Both the position numbers and the translations under genes were made by a program. Below the pieces are notes generated by a model. That model was not told the origin of the DNA, ran no database searches, and saw only the letters and a list, made by a program, of their open reading frames with translations. From Moniliella sp. 'wahieum' (lineage: Eukaryota), in NCBI GenBank assembly GCA_003971905.1, contig RSEE01000002.1:434001-498000 (forward strand): 64,000 nt of DNA. Direction: 5' to 3'. Numbering within the stretch: position 1 is the stretch's first letter; each line of letters starts with the position of its first letter. Positions 10,512-22,686 of the stretch are shown piece after piece.

Positions 10512-13500
10512 ATGCCCTCCTTTTTCCGCCGCAAAAACAGCGGCCGATCCCTCACCCCCGGCCTCCTGGGCCGCCTGGATGCGTCGGGCGAGGTGTGGGC
10601 CAATGGCCCCAGCCCCTCCGCTCCCGCCCAGACACCCTACGCTCCCTACGACCCCTACGCCTCCGCCTCTGCCCCCGCCCCCGCCCCCGCCTCCGCCACC
10701 CCTGCCGCCCTCCCACCCCCCTCCCCAGCGCTCGCCCTCGCCAGCCTCGCCTCCCTCCACTCCCCGGCCGTTCCACGCCCGCGCCCCCCCGCCGCTCCCC
10801 GGCCGCCCCCCCGCCCTCTGCCAGTGCCTCCTCCCCCACCCACCCCGCTCCCTCTCCCGCCCGCCCATCGCTCAGCCGCCGCGACAGCAGTGGCAGCCTC
10901 CGCGAACTGATCCAGGACGTGGGTATGCGCGCCCGCGATGGCCTGGCCAGTGTTGGCCGTCGTGCCTCCATGGACCGCCATCGTGCCGAGCCAAGCGTAG
11001 CGGAAAGGGACCCTTCCCACCTCACTTGCTCCTCTAGCAGCACCATCAACCGTCTTGCCCCTCCTTCTCGCAATCCTCTTGGCGGGCTCACCCGCGCAGC
11101 CAAAAGTGCCACTGACATCCGCTACGCTGGTCGCAGCTCCAGTCCCAACCCGCCTCCGCCCCCGCCACTCCCTTTTCTCCCCCACCCCTGCTCCTGCCCC
11201 ACTCAGCCCTACCCTCGCGTCTCCCTCCCACGCCGCCCATCCCCCTTCTGCCCGGCGCATCATCCAACGCACCGCCCGCACCAGCATGGAGAGTCTCCGC
11301 CGATTCGGGCGTAAAGCTTCTCTTTCTCGCCAGCCCGATCCGGCTCCCGCCCCGGCCGCTGCACCCCCACCGACATCGGCCCCAGCACCGGCACAGGCAC
11401 AGACACAGCAGGCCAGCCTAGCGCCCTTGCCAAACGACCGCACTTTCCGGCTCAGCTCGCAGTCGGGCCACCCATCTTCCCAAGGTTCCGATTCGCTCTG
11501 CTCGACGAGTCTGGACATGCGAATGGAGGAAGATGCGTGGGGCGACCCGTTTGCGGCCGACTCGTTACCGCCTGCGTCCAAGACGCCTACCACACCCTAT
11601 GCCAGCTTGACCAGCGCGGCACCCTATGGTAATGGTAGTTTATCCAACTCTCTGGCCCTAGCCCTGGGCCTGCCACTGCCCGCTCGGCCCGACGTATGCC
11701 CCGTCGCAGCATTCCGTCCATACCCAACCTAGTTGGCGATCGCCCCCTCACTCCTCCACGGCCCCCATCGCCAACCAAGGCCCCAACCGCTCCTTCTTCC
11801 CACCTCTTTCGACTCGCGGGGGCGGGGTAGGAATGAACTCTGCGCCTGCACCTGCACCTGCGTCGGCGTCGGCGTCGGCGTCTGCACCCAAATCTCTCGA
11901 TCGGGACGTGTCGCACGCTTCGGGCACGCGCTTAGGCCCCTTATCTGCCCCACGAACGTCCAATCCCGTACCGCCCTCTACGACCCAGTCGCACGGGTTT
12001 AGCTACGGGTACAGCTACAGCTACGGGCACGGGTCCGTCTACGGCCAGAGTCAAGGTCAGGGTCAGGGTCATACACCTCAAAAGAGCCATGGATCGTCCT
12101 CGGTCCTATCACGTTCCGCCTCGGGCGCTGCCTCGCTCGCTTCGTCTTACTCGACCAGCGCGACCACTACCGCAGGTGGCATGTCCCCCCACGTAGGCGC
12201 ACTGCCTAGCTCAGCACGTAAGTTGCCCCCCCTCGCTGAACCACCACACCAGCAGCGGGAGGGCGCGCATCACACCCACCCGCACCAAGGAAAGAGACTT
12301 GCCTGTACATGTACCCCCATCGCCTGGTCCTACGTACCCCCCACCTGCTGATTTGGCTGCAGCAGCTGCACCTGCAGCTGCGCCTGCGTCTGCGCTTGCG
12401 GCTGCGCCTGCGCCGGGACCGGTCAATGTGTACGATGGGTACGAGTCGCCCTTGGTGCCTGTGGCAGGAGGGGCAGGACAGGGTTCGACGTCCATCCGCC
12501 CACCTCTTGCCCCTACATCTGCATCTGCATCTGCATCTGCGGCGTCGGTACCTGCACCTGCGGCTACGGCCACCCATCCACCCAAGACGGTGGGTCTGGG
12601 CATCTCAGGTGTGAACATGGAGGCGACAACGGCGTCGCCGCAAGCGAATGCGCGGTAGAGTTAGCTTCCACTTCTGACTCGGTGGTGCGCTCCCACGTCC
12701 AGGCGGAGGCTTTACCTCCTTCATCTTCTGCTTCAGCTTCAGCTTCGACTTCGGCTTCGGGTTCGGCTTCGACTTATGTTCCTGCTTCGGCTTCGGGTTT
12801 GGCTTCGGCTTCAGCGTTCGATTCTGCGTTTGCGTCGGCGTTTGCTTTGGCTGCTGCTAGCACAGCTCGTCGGGACCCGGCCCTGTCGGGCCCCGTGTAC
12901 TTCCCCACTCGTGACCCGCAATCTGGACTGAGGCGCGAGTCAGCGTCAGCGCCAGCCCCAGCCCCAGCCCTAGCACCAGCCCTAGCACCAGCCCTAGCAC
13001 CAAGACCAGCACCAGCAGCAGCGCCAGCACCAGCAGCAGAACCGGAGCCAGAGCTCGAGGCAGAGGCGCCAGGGGATGCACATACAGCTATGCCGCCACC
13101 GCCGCCGCTTACGCTGACGGCGGCTCCGCAGTTAACGCTGGACGGACTGGACTTTGGTTCGGACCTGGGCTCGTCGCTCGGGCTCGGGTGGATGGCTGGC
13201 ACCCGGCATGGGAGTCGTCGTCTCCCGACCTTAAGTTGGATCGCGACCTGGATCGGAGTCGCGACCTGGATCGGGCTCGGGGTCTGGATCGGAGTGGCGC
13301 AGCCCAAGCCGATGCAGTGACACCCGCGCCCGATCCGGACCACGCACCTAGCGCACCTAGCCCGAGCCGCAACCCAGAACTTGGTCTGCAACCTGAGCCG
13401 CGAGTGTCCTTGACCCCGCGTCCGAACCCGAGTCCGAGTCCGAGTCCCAGTCCAAGACCCGGCTTGAGCCCAAGGCCTGCCCTGGGTCCCGTCCCGAGTG

Positions 13501-13976
13501 CTCAGTGGGCTTTGTCCCCATCCCCATCCCCAGCCCCGGCCCCGGTGGACCCGTGTGTCGTGTCTGCCGCGTCTGCCCCGCCAGCCCCACGTGCCCCATC
13601 TACCCCACCTGCGCCACCTGCGCCACCTGCTCCGCCAATCCCGTTCTCCCCCCCCGCGCCGTCTGCCGCGTTCACGCCGCTCACGCCGGCTACGCCGTTG
13701 ACCCCGTCGGATCCGTTTGCGCGTGCGTCGATGGAGGGGGAGGTGGAGGAGGTGAGGGGTACGAGTCGAGTGCTGCGCTGGAAGGCTTGATGGATGCCTT
13801 GGTGAATGGGTTGGATGATGGTGAGGAGGATGGGGAAGGCGAAGGCGAAGGCGAAGGCGAGGAAGAGGACGAGTTGGGTGTCGATCTGGCAGAGTCGGAT
13901 GCTGAGATTCGTAGAGTCACAGCTCGCTTAGCTGCTCATACCAATACTCACACCCACACTACTACTACTTACACGA

Positions 13977-14007
<31 letters not shown>

Positions 14008-15770
14008 TGGATCTGGATCTGGATCTGGATCTGGATCCTCTTCTTCGCCCGCTACGGCTACCGCGCGCGCATACTCGCCCCCGCCCGCCGCGGCGCGGCG
14101 ATCAAGCAGTATGCGCCGCTCGAGCCACGCGAGCGCACGTTGGTCGGTCGAATCAGGCACCAAACGTAAAAAGCCCACACCGCTCGACCTCGACTTGGAC
14201 CAGTACCCTTTACCTTCCCCTAGCGTCGGAACACCTATCCCCCACAGCAGCCGACAGAGGATCAGGTGCCCGTCTCGCCTGCTGCACTTGCACCTGCGTC
14301 TGCACCGGCACCTGCACCTGCACCTGCACCTGCACCTGCACCTGCACCTGCACCTGCGGATGCGCCTGCTACCGATACGCTTGCACCGTGCCTGAGGTAG
14401 CACCTACGGTTGCTCCTGCCGTCGCCCCTGCTCCTGCGGTTGCTCCTGCGGTTGCTCCTGCGGTTGAGGTTGCGCCTGCACCGGCGCCTGCACCTGCACC
14501 TGCACCTGCACCTGCGGCTGAGGTTGTGCCTGCTGTTGCGCCTGCACCTGCACTTGCACCGGCGCCTGCACCCGCACCTGTGGCTGAGGTGCCTGCGGCT
14601 GAGGTTGCGCCTGTGGCTTCGCCGGTGTTGCCAGTCGACTCAACCATCGATCCAGCTAAGTTGCTGCCTGACGTGCGAAATCTAGGTACGTTGCCTATTT
14701 CCCTCTTTTCTTGTTGCTGCACGCAGCATGCAGATGAGGCGTGTGGAGTGGTGGGATGGTGTGATCTGACGATATGTATTGTGATTGGCAGCGCCCTATC
14801 TATCGAGTTTCCGAGCCGATGAGTTGTATACCAACCTTTCGATCATTGGCGAAGGCGAATGTGGCGATGTGTACTGCGCCGATACGCAGCGGCATGGTCC
14901 GGCACAGCAAGTGGCCATCAAATGGTCCGACGCAACACGGACGCTGGCCAGGCGCGCCTGGCGCACCTCGTTCGGAACTGGCGCTGTGGAGCCAAGTGAA
15001 GAGCGAGTACGTGGTGCAGTGGTACGGCGCACTGATGGTGCCCGGTACCACTGAAGCCGAGATGGGGATGAACATGAACATGGAGATGGGGATGAACATG
15101 AACACGAACATGAGCTTGGGGGGGGAGATGAACATGGACTTGTGGTTGGTGCAAGAGCTGATGGACCGGAGTGTGGCGGACGTGTTGGCGGCCGTGATGG
15201 AATCGTCGAGTTCAGTGGACATGGAATGGTCCGAAGCCCACCTTGCGCGGATCGTATCCGATACGGCGGCCGGGCTGGCGCACCTGCACCAAGCTGGCAT
15301 TGTGCACCGCGACTGTCGTTCAGACAACTTACTGATGAGTGCTGATGGACGAACCAAAGTGGCCGACTTTACGCATGCTGCCTCGCTGCTGCAGGGCCGA
15401 CGACGGAGCATCGTCGGCACGCCCTTCTGGATGGCGCCCGAGGTGATTCGGGGCCAACCATACCAGAAGTGGACGTATGGTCCTTAGGCGCGGTGCTGTA
15501 CGAGTTGGCCGAAGGCGCCCAGCGTACATTGACCTCTCGCCCCGCGACGCCGTCAGCTTGCTTGCCAACCAGGGCTTGCCCCCACTCCAAGTGGCTAGCC
15601 GATGGTCCAATGCGCTGCGCTCCCTCCTCGCCGCGCTGAGCGAGATGGACGCTTCCCGCCGGCCCGCCGCGGCCGACGTGGTGCTCTCGCCGTTTTGCCA
15701 GCAAAAGGCTTCCACCGCGGACATGGCCCGCCTGCTGGCCACCGTGCACGCGGTCGAACGGGGCCAGTGA
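10512..15770 (+). CDS. STE20/PAK-like Ser/Thr kinase with a very long low-complexity N-terminus; one intron 14686-14791; many frameshifts
   Basis: ATG 10512 (MPSFFRRK). PA, SA and GS hexamer-repeat tracts to ~14650. Intron GTACGT...CTGAC...CAG. Kinase motifs IGEGECGDVY, VAIK, LWLVQELMD, HRDCRSDNLL, KVADFT, RRSIVGTPFWMAPEVI, DVWSLGAVLYEL; TGA at 15768-15770. That the N-terminal 4 kb belongs to the same gene is inferred. Confidence 0.75.
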
Positions 15771-16371
15771 GCACGCGGGGGTGCGTCTCAGGATGTATAT
15801 GCATGATGTACCTAGCAAGCAACTAGCCCTAGCATCCAACATAGCCTGGTGTATTCGTAGTAGCACAAGTAGGACGCACTCGTCGTGGATCTGATCTGGG
15901 AAGATGAGATGGAGATGGCCGCCCGGCGGGCGCGGGGTAGATTGGGGAGACGGCGGCGGGGGGGCAGGCGGCCAGCGGTTACTAATGTTTCACGCAAAGC
16001 GCAGGTGCGCTGTGCTCTGAGCGGACGCCGCGGAGATGATCGCCGCGCGGAGATGGGGAGAGGAGTGCTAGTCCAGCTAGTCCCGCCGCTTGCCGCCCCC
16101 CGCTAATCGTGTACCATCGCTTACATATCGCAGCATCCACCCCCGTCACGTGACGCCCCTGGCCGCCCAGCCGCCCATCACGCGCCCGCCCCCCCGTCTT
16201 TCCCACCACCGCCGCCGGGCAAAGCATGCCCCCCGCCGCACACGCCCGCCCGCCTAGCAGCCATGCGCACCCCCGCCGACTCCCCCCTCCGATGCGCCCT
16301 CCCCTCCCCGCCCCCGCCCCACGCCCCCGCCCCCCCGCCGCAAGCGCGGCGTCCTCGGCGGCTGGCTCTCC

Positions 16372-17781
16372 ATGGCCCCGCTCGAACACACCGAGCCCGA
16401 CCCGGGCCCCTCGCCCTCCCCGCCTCCCGCGACGGCCTCCTGCCCCCGACGACGCCGCCGCCGCTCGTCCGCCTCCTTCTACGACCCGCTCCGCCCCGGC
16501 CTCGTCTCCTCCTCCCTCATCTCCCGCCACGGCAGCGTCCTCTCCCCCGCCGACTCCTCCGTCCCCGACTCGGACGACGGCATCGACGGCGACCACAGCC
16601 GTGACCACAGCCGCACCGCCTCCCCCGATGCCTCCCCCACCGATACCGACGGCGAGGGCCAACCGTTTGACTATCGTTCTCTCCTCCGCCCCATCAGCTT
16701 TGGCACCCACCGCCCCTCGGCGGCGGCGCGGCGGCGGCGGCGCCAGGCGCAAGAGTACCCTCCCCTCCCGTTTTGCCAATCCTCCACCCCAGCCTCAGCC
16801 CAGGCTTCACTCTCTCTCGTCTCCAGCGGCACGCCCTCTCGGGCCCAGAGCCAGCACCCAAGCGCCCAAGGCGGTGCGCCAGGTCAGCTCGAACCCCCTC
16901 CCGGTCTGCTTCCGGTCGATCCCCATCGTCGTCGCAAGCATCGGCGGCGAACCAAGGTCATTCTCACCCCGCGCGGCAACAACCACATTGTCAATGGCGG
17001 CGGTGGTCTCAAGATGACTGGCGTCGAGTGGAGCGGCAAGACATTGGTGGCTGTCGAGCAGGAATGGAACGACTGGGCAAAAAGGAGTGGATGTCCTACT
17101 CGCCCGATCCTGACTATCTCTCTCGCCGGCTGGAAGCGCTTCGGAAAAACCTCGATGCCCAAGAACGAGAAGACCAATGGAGAGCGGAACAAGGGTTTGG
17201 CCCACTGTACCAACACAAGCGCTGGATTGGACCCGACTACCCTTCCACCCCTCCCTCGCCCGCTTCCCCCAAGAAACGCTTTCCCCAACCTTCTGCTTCC
17301 TCGCCTGCTCTCGTCGTGGCCGCCAAGGAACCAAGTGTTTCCCACCTCTCTTCCCTCCCTGCGCTCCCTCCCCGCCGGCCCTGCCCAACAGGCAGCCGCC
17401 ACGTTATCTTCTCTTCCCGCCTCGCCCCTCGGCCCCCCGGCAGCACCGGGGCCCAGGCGCTGCAGCACGACAAGTCCTCCTCCTCTATCCCAAGACCCCT
17501 GGCACGCTTCCTCAAAGTCAATGAACCCATTGAGAATGCGGGTACCGCATGCGCCCATGGTATCCCCGCCGGCTACGCCCGAGCGAAAGGCCGTCGCGCT
17601 CGGGAGCGACTCGGAGGATGAGAGCAGCAATACCACCTCCTCGACACCGGAAGATTATGAGATGACCAATGCGCTCGCTCAGTTCCAGCTTCGACCGCCT
17701 ACCGTGCTCACCCAACCAGCGTCGTCGCCGCCGGTGGGCGAGATGGGTGGGTCGCCAGCTTCGCCCCTACGCCGTCGGTAG
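16372..17781 (+). CDS. Hypothetical Ser/Pro-rich protein; possibly the N-terminal part of the downstream GNAT gene
   Basis: Long ORF from ATG 16372. The protein-like block GVEWSGKTLVAVEQEWNDWAK-KEWMSYSPDPDYLSRRLEALRKNLDAQEREDQW spans two frames. Confidence 0.5.
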   Translation: MAPLEHTEPDPGPSPSPPPATASCPRRRRRRSSASFYDPLRPGLVSSSLISRHGSVLSPADSSVPDSDDGIDGDHSRDHSRTASPDASPTDTDGEGQPFDYRSLLRPISFGTHRPSAAARRRRRQAQEYPPLPFCQSSTPASAQASLSLVSSGTPSRAQSQHPSAQGGAPGQLEPPPGLLPVDPHRRRKHRRRTKVILTPRGNNHIVNGGGGLKMTGVEWSGKTLVAVEQEWNDWAKRSGCPTRPILTISLAGWKRFGKTSMPKNEKTNGERNKGLAHCTNTSAGLDPTTLPPLPRPLPPRNAFPNLLLPRLLSSWPPRNQVFPTSLPSLRSLPAGPAQQAAATLSSLPASPLGPPAAPGPRRCSTTSPPPLSQDPWHASSKSMNPLRMRVPHAPMVSPPATPERKAVALGSDSEDESSNTTSSTPEDYEMTNALAQFQLRPPTVLTQPASSPPVGEMGGSPASPLRRR

Positions 17782-17827
17782 GACCTACGGTGGCGCCGGC
17801 GCCTCCGCCTACACAGGCGTTTAGTCA

Positions 17828-19583
17828 ATGGGGTGCCTCGACCACTGCTCCATCGCCACCCGCACCGCCGAGCAACGCGCTAAGGCCGAACGAGCGGCAC
17901 AGTTGGCGCGTGCGGCGTCGCAGATGCCGATCGTCTGTTCAAAGCGCTGCACGGGTCGATTATGCGTCGCAGCAGGACGCTTGCAGCAACGCGTTACGAT
18001 TCGCGATGCGCGTCGGTCCGACTTGGAGCAGATAGCCGATTTGCATTGTCTCTTTGGCGAGCTGGACGACCAACCGGACGAAGATGCCTTGTTTCTCAAT
18101 CGCGACAATTACACTACCTCCGCAACGTTTTACTGCGCTTGTTGGTCGATGAAAATTACGTTGCTGTTGTGGTGTGGCCAAACCTTTGCCCGAACCTTCG
18201 GCCCCAATTCACATTCCTCGCTCTACCGACAATCAGGGTCCTCCACCTTTGTTCTCCCGCGCGAAAAGGCTATCCCAGAAGAAGATGAGCTGGCTACGCG
18301 ACCAGCTTCCCCTCTGCTCGACCATCTGGGCTTGTCGCCGCCCCCCCTGCTGTGCTGCTGCTGCTTCTGCCGCGCCAAACCAGTTGGACCAGCCTACGCA
18401 ATCGCCATCGCCATCGCCATCGCCCACGCGCGAGCAAACTAGGTTGAACCATACCTTGCACTCGGACCGCACCCACGACAGTGACAGTCGTCCTGTCCCG
18501 ATCCCTGCCCCGGTCTCGCCTGCAGTAGGACCCGAAGCAAGGTTGGCACGGTCCCCTGCGCCGAGTCCGGCCAGGGGCGGGGGCAGTGCTGGAGCGCCCG
18601 TGTCGGGATCGGCTTCGCCTCGCCTGTGTCGGGGGTGGGCGCAGGGCAGCCGGTCACGACAAGACTTTGATGGGTTGGTTGGGCCCGCTCGGTCCGTGGT
18701 ATCGGAGGATGCGGTTACGGACCGGCCGAAGTCGGCCGCAGGTGGGTTGCTAGATGCCGATGCGGCGCCCGTGGCGACAGATACGATTCCCGGACCAGAG
18801 TATTTAGCGCCTCGCCGTTACAGCGGGTTATGGCGACTGCGCCCCCACGTGGTCGGCCTATGGAACGCGAAATCATCTCGGCCGTAGCGACGGCCAACAT
18901 ATGTTACCACCACCGCCGATCGAGTCATTTGATTTGCCCCATGGCGAGGCTGGCGGACCCATGGTCGAAGGGATCGGATGGGCGAAGAGGCGTGCTCGAC
19001 AATCCATATCTTGACCTTATCGGTCCTCTCGACGGAGCGGCACCAAGGTCTGGGCATGTGGTTGGTCGAGACGTTGGTGGACCGCGCTCGTGCTCGCTTA
19101 CTCGACCAACATCGTATAGCTACACGATGGCACCGCGCAGATCGCGAGTTGCGCCAGGCTCAAAGCTCTACCCGTCAAGTCACTTGGCTAGCCAACGTAC
19201 CTCTCGTCCCAGTAGTCGCGCAACTAGCCAAGACCGCGTATCTACCCTCCTTCCCTCCCTTCACTTGCCCCTCATGCTCCCCCCCATGCTCCTGCTCCTG
19301 CTCCTGCTCATGGCCAACTTTCCCAATCTGCAGCTGGGACTGCGTCCCAGTCCACCGCTACGCACTTGGCACGTGCTTCGTGGCTGTTATCGCGCGGCAC
19401 GCCGCGTATCAAGGTAGGTGCGAAGTGCATCCGTCGCAACGCGCGCTCGGCACTTGTTTGAACGTCTTGGCTTCCACCCTTCTTCGACGGAAACAGGCTA
19501 TTACCGCGGCGACCGCCGTATTCCTTCCGTCCCGCCTCATGCCTGGCGGTCAGGACGCGCTCAAGTTCGAAAAGTGGCTCTAG
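17828..19583 (+). CDS. GNAT-family N-acetyltransferase (Naa50/Naa60/RimI-like) with large low-complexity insertions; start uncertain
   Basis: GNAT N-terminal strand/helix VTIRDARRSDLEQIADLH; acetyl-CoA motif A IHILTLSVLSTERHQGLGMWLV (~19003-19070); motif B EVHPS..RARHLFERLGF..GYY; ends QDALKFEKWL-TAG at 19583. Confidence 0.7.
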
Positions 19584-19620
19584 TTGCCCTGTGGGGGTGA
19601 AGGGTGTGTGGATCCTGCTG

Positions 19621-19672
19621 TTGCTCTTGAGTTTGCTCTTGAGTTTGCTCTTGAGTTGCTCTTGAGTTTGCT
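19621..19672. repeat. 12-bp tandem repeat (TTGCTCTTGAGT)n downstream of the GNAT gene
   Basis: About four units read directly, one with a 1-nt deletion. Confidence 0.75.
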
Positions 19673-20056
19673 TTACTCTTGCTCTTAGTTGTTTGTTGCT
19701 CTGGCCATCCTGCGGGCTGCCTGTGGATCGGTTGGTCTGTCTGTCTGTCTGTCTATCGGGGGTCTTGGTCTTGGTCTGAGTGAGGGACGGAGAGGTGGGG
19801 TGTAAGCGCGCGGACTGGGTGTGTGGGCTGGCCGAACCATCTGTTTGTTGGGTGTGTGGGCGTGTGGTGGTAGACGCAGCAAGGCGATAGCAGCGGTACT
19901 CTCGATAGCCGCCACAGATAATCGACAATCAATAACCGACAATCAATAACCGACAATCGATGGGATGCCGCGCGCGGGGCACAGCGCCGCCCAGACGCAC
20001 TCGGTTTACCGATTACTTTTACCTTCGGCGCTTGGTCCGCTGCCTCTCGGCCCACC

Positions 20057-22388
20057 ATGTCTGCGCCCAGCCAGTCCAGCCCCAGCCGCAGCACCAACGC
20101 CACCGGCAACGGCACAGCACTGGCTACGCGCCTACCAGCGCCGCCACCGCCCCTCCCCCAGCACCGCCAGCAGCAGCACCACTACCACCACCACCACCAT
20201 CCCGTCCCACCACCCCCACCCCGCTCCCCCCTCGCCCCTCACCCCTCCTCCTCTGTCCGCCTCGCCAGCGCCCCCCGCACCCGCACCCGTACCCGCATCC
20301 TGCCCCGCCCCCCGGACCCGCACTCGCTCTCGCTCCCCCGCCTCGATCCCGCCTTGCCTCTGGTCCTGCCTCTGGTCCTGCCTCTGGCCTGCCTCTGGCC
20401 CTGCCTCTGGTCCTGCCTCTGGCCCCGCTTCTGGTCCTGCCTCGGGCCGAGCCTTGGCCCGCCTTTGCCCACACCCGTTCGGCCTCAGCTGGCTTCCCCG
20501 CCTCCGCCCCCGTCCATGTACGTTCTGCCTCGGGACTCTCCCTGTCCTCCCGGCGGCGGCTGCCCTGCGCTCGTCAGCGTCGACACCAGTACCTGCTTTC
20601 GCCTTTCGGCGCATACACATCCACACACCCATCCACATCCACATACACCCACACCCACATCTACGCCTAAACCTGTACCATGCCATTCGCCTGCGCCTGC
20701 ACTCGCGCATGCACCTGCATCGCCGTCGGTGTTGTCCCGTTCCCCCCTGCCCCCAGCGGGCACCGGCACGGGGGTCAGTCGGACGATCACGCACGCCTTC
20801 TTAGAAGCGCGTCGGGCGCGTCGGCGGCGCCGGTTCGGCGCGAGGCAGAGCTGAGCGAGCAGCGGTCGTTGCGTCGACTGGAGAAGCTGGTGCGGCTGCA
20901 CCTTGATGCGCGCGAGCTAGGTGAGCAGGGGGGGAGCGGGCGGGGCGGTTTGGCGGGCCGACTGCAGGAGCGCGAACGGGCTCGGCAACGTCAAGTGTTT
21001 GTACGAGAAGGCGAGCAGGACTTGGTATCGTGGGTACGGATGGGTCGGTGCAAGCTAAGCGATGCGCCTGTGCCATACCATTCGGTTTGACCCGCGGCGT
21101 TCGGAGGCACCATTGTCGTTGTGTGGGCAGGTGTGTGCGCGACGTATGCTGGTCGCAATGAGGAACCGAGCACGGAGCGGGACAAGGTCCAGACCGCTTG
21201 GTCTGTCTGTTCTGCCTCTGCCCCCGAATCTCCCGAATCCCCTCAAACACCCGAACGGTGCTCGGGCTTGATCCAAATCAACCCGCACACGCTCTTTGTC
21301 GCACACGAGTTCGATCCCATTCGTCTGCCCTTTGGCCCGCGACCAAGTGCCCTGCCCACCACACTCGCCTCCGATGCTGATGTCGATGCCGATACCAGTG
21401 CCCAGGCCCAGGGCGATGGCCAAACCCCGCCCCAGCCCGGTTGATACCCGAATCTGCCGCGCGTGCAAGGCAATCGTCAATCGCGCGCAGTACATGATGC
21501 TTCCCGATGAGCCGCCTACGTCCCCCCACCCAGTCGCTGCGCCGGCGTATGTGCGCGTCGCAGCCGAACTGGAAAAGTTGGAGGCTCAAATCAATTCCGC
21601 CCTGCCCGAGTTCCAGGAGATGGTGCTCGGCTAGGTAGGTCCCTAACTCCCCCCCCCCCTTCACCTGCTCCTTCCCCCCCTCCCCCTCGATCTGCAGGAA
21701 TAGAACAGCCACTGACGAATTGCGACTTGGATGGGACAGAAAGGCACATGTTGGCCTGGTGAGTGGGAGCAGTACGCCGTCGGGCTTGGCTGACATGGCG
21801 ACCCAAAAGGCCGAGGCGAAGAAACGAGTGCAACTGCATGCGCAGCAACGTGACGCTGCGGCCGCACGTCGTAAGTTGCTTGGCTTGTTTGGCGAGTACG
21901 AACGTCTGGCACGTCGCGTTCGTCCGCTCCGGGACAAGACTTGGCTGACGCACATCGACGCGTACGTCAATCCATCTGGTCCCGCGCTAACTTGTTCCTT
22001 CACAAACGTACGTCTTTTCTCCCTTTGCCTTTTCCTTGTGGTGCTCGTTGCCAGCCTGACACGTCTCTCTCTCCTACCGAGCTGTTTCCGCTTCAAGCTG
22101 CCAAGTTTGGCAAGGACAGGTCCGTGTCGGAAGCGGGACCGGGACGCCATCCGAGGACCCAGCTTCGGCCAGGCCGAACAGGAGACCCACGCGCAAAACC
22201 AACTCTTGGCTGTCCTGGCCGAACAGGCGACCCAAGTGCAACAGTTTCTCCTCGAAGCCAAGGCAGCACGGCGATGGGACGATGCATCGGCACTGGAAAA
22301 GAGTTTGGCCGAGTTGCAGGGAGAGATGCGCAACTTGATGGTCTCCCTTCCGCGCACGGCGATGGCCAAGAGCGCAGGGCTGGCTTAG
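20057..22388 (+). CDS. PEP7: Pep7/Vac1/rabenosyn-5 homolog (FYVE-finger Rab5 effector); introns at ~21635-21739 and ~21962-22081
   Basis: RRLEKLVRLH...REGEQDLVSW; FYVE RRHHCR..CGQV..C across frames and RICRACKAIV; coiled coil LEKLEAQINSALPEFQEMV, ARRKLLGLFGEYERLARRVR; C-terminal Rab-binding motif VLAEQATQVQQFLLEAKAARRWDDASALEKSLAEL. Confidence 0.82.
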
Positions 22389-22686
22389 GACCTATATATA
22401 CACCAAACTCACCCTGCGCTTTTCCCTTTTCCCTCTTCCTTCTTCCTTCTTCCTGCTTCTTCCTGCTTCTTCTCCCCTTGGCGATCGGTTGGGTTGGCTT
22501 TCCCAGCCCTGTCTGAGATCTGCTCCAAGGAGAAATAGCTACTCGTGGCTACACGTCAACGCCAACCCCAATCCATTTGTTTTGTGCCCAGCTGGGGCGC
22601 ATGGCGCGTTTACAAGCGCTGGCTAGACCAGTGTACCCTCCATTGTTAGATGACAGGTGGCAGGCCTCAGGCCCAGGTGTCAGGTA

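Noticed and set aside
10512..15770. Mating-type locus, since STE20 is MAT-linked in some basidiomycetes
   Set aside because: No STE3 receptor, CAAX pheromone precursor or homeodomain gene is seen, and the kinase is not a canonical Ste20.
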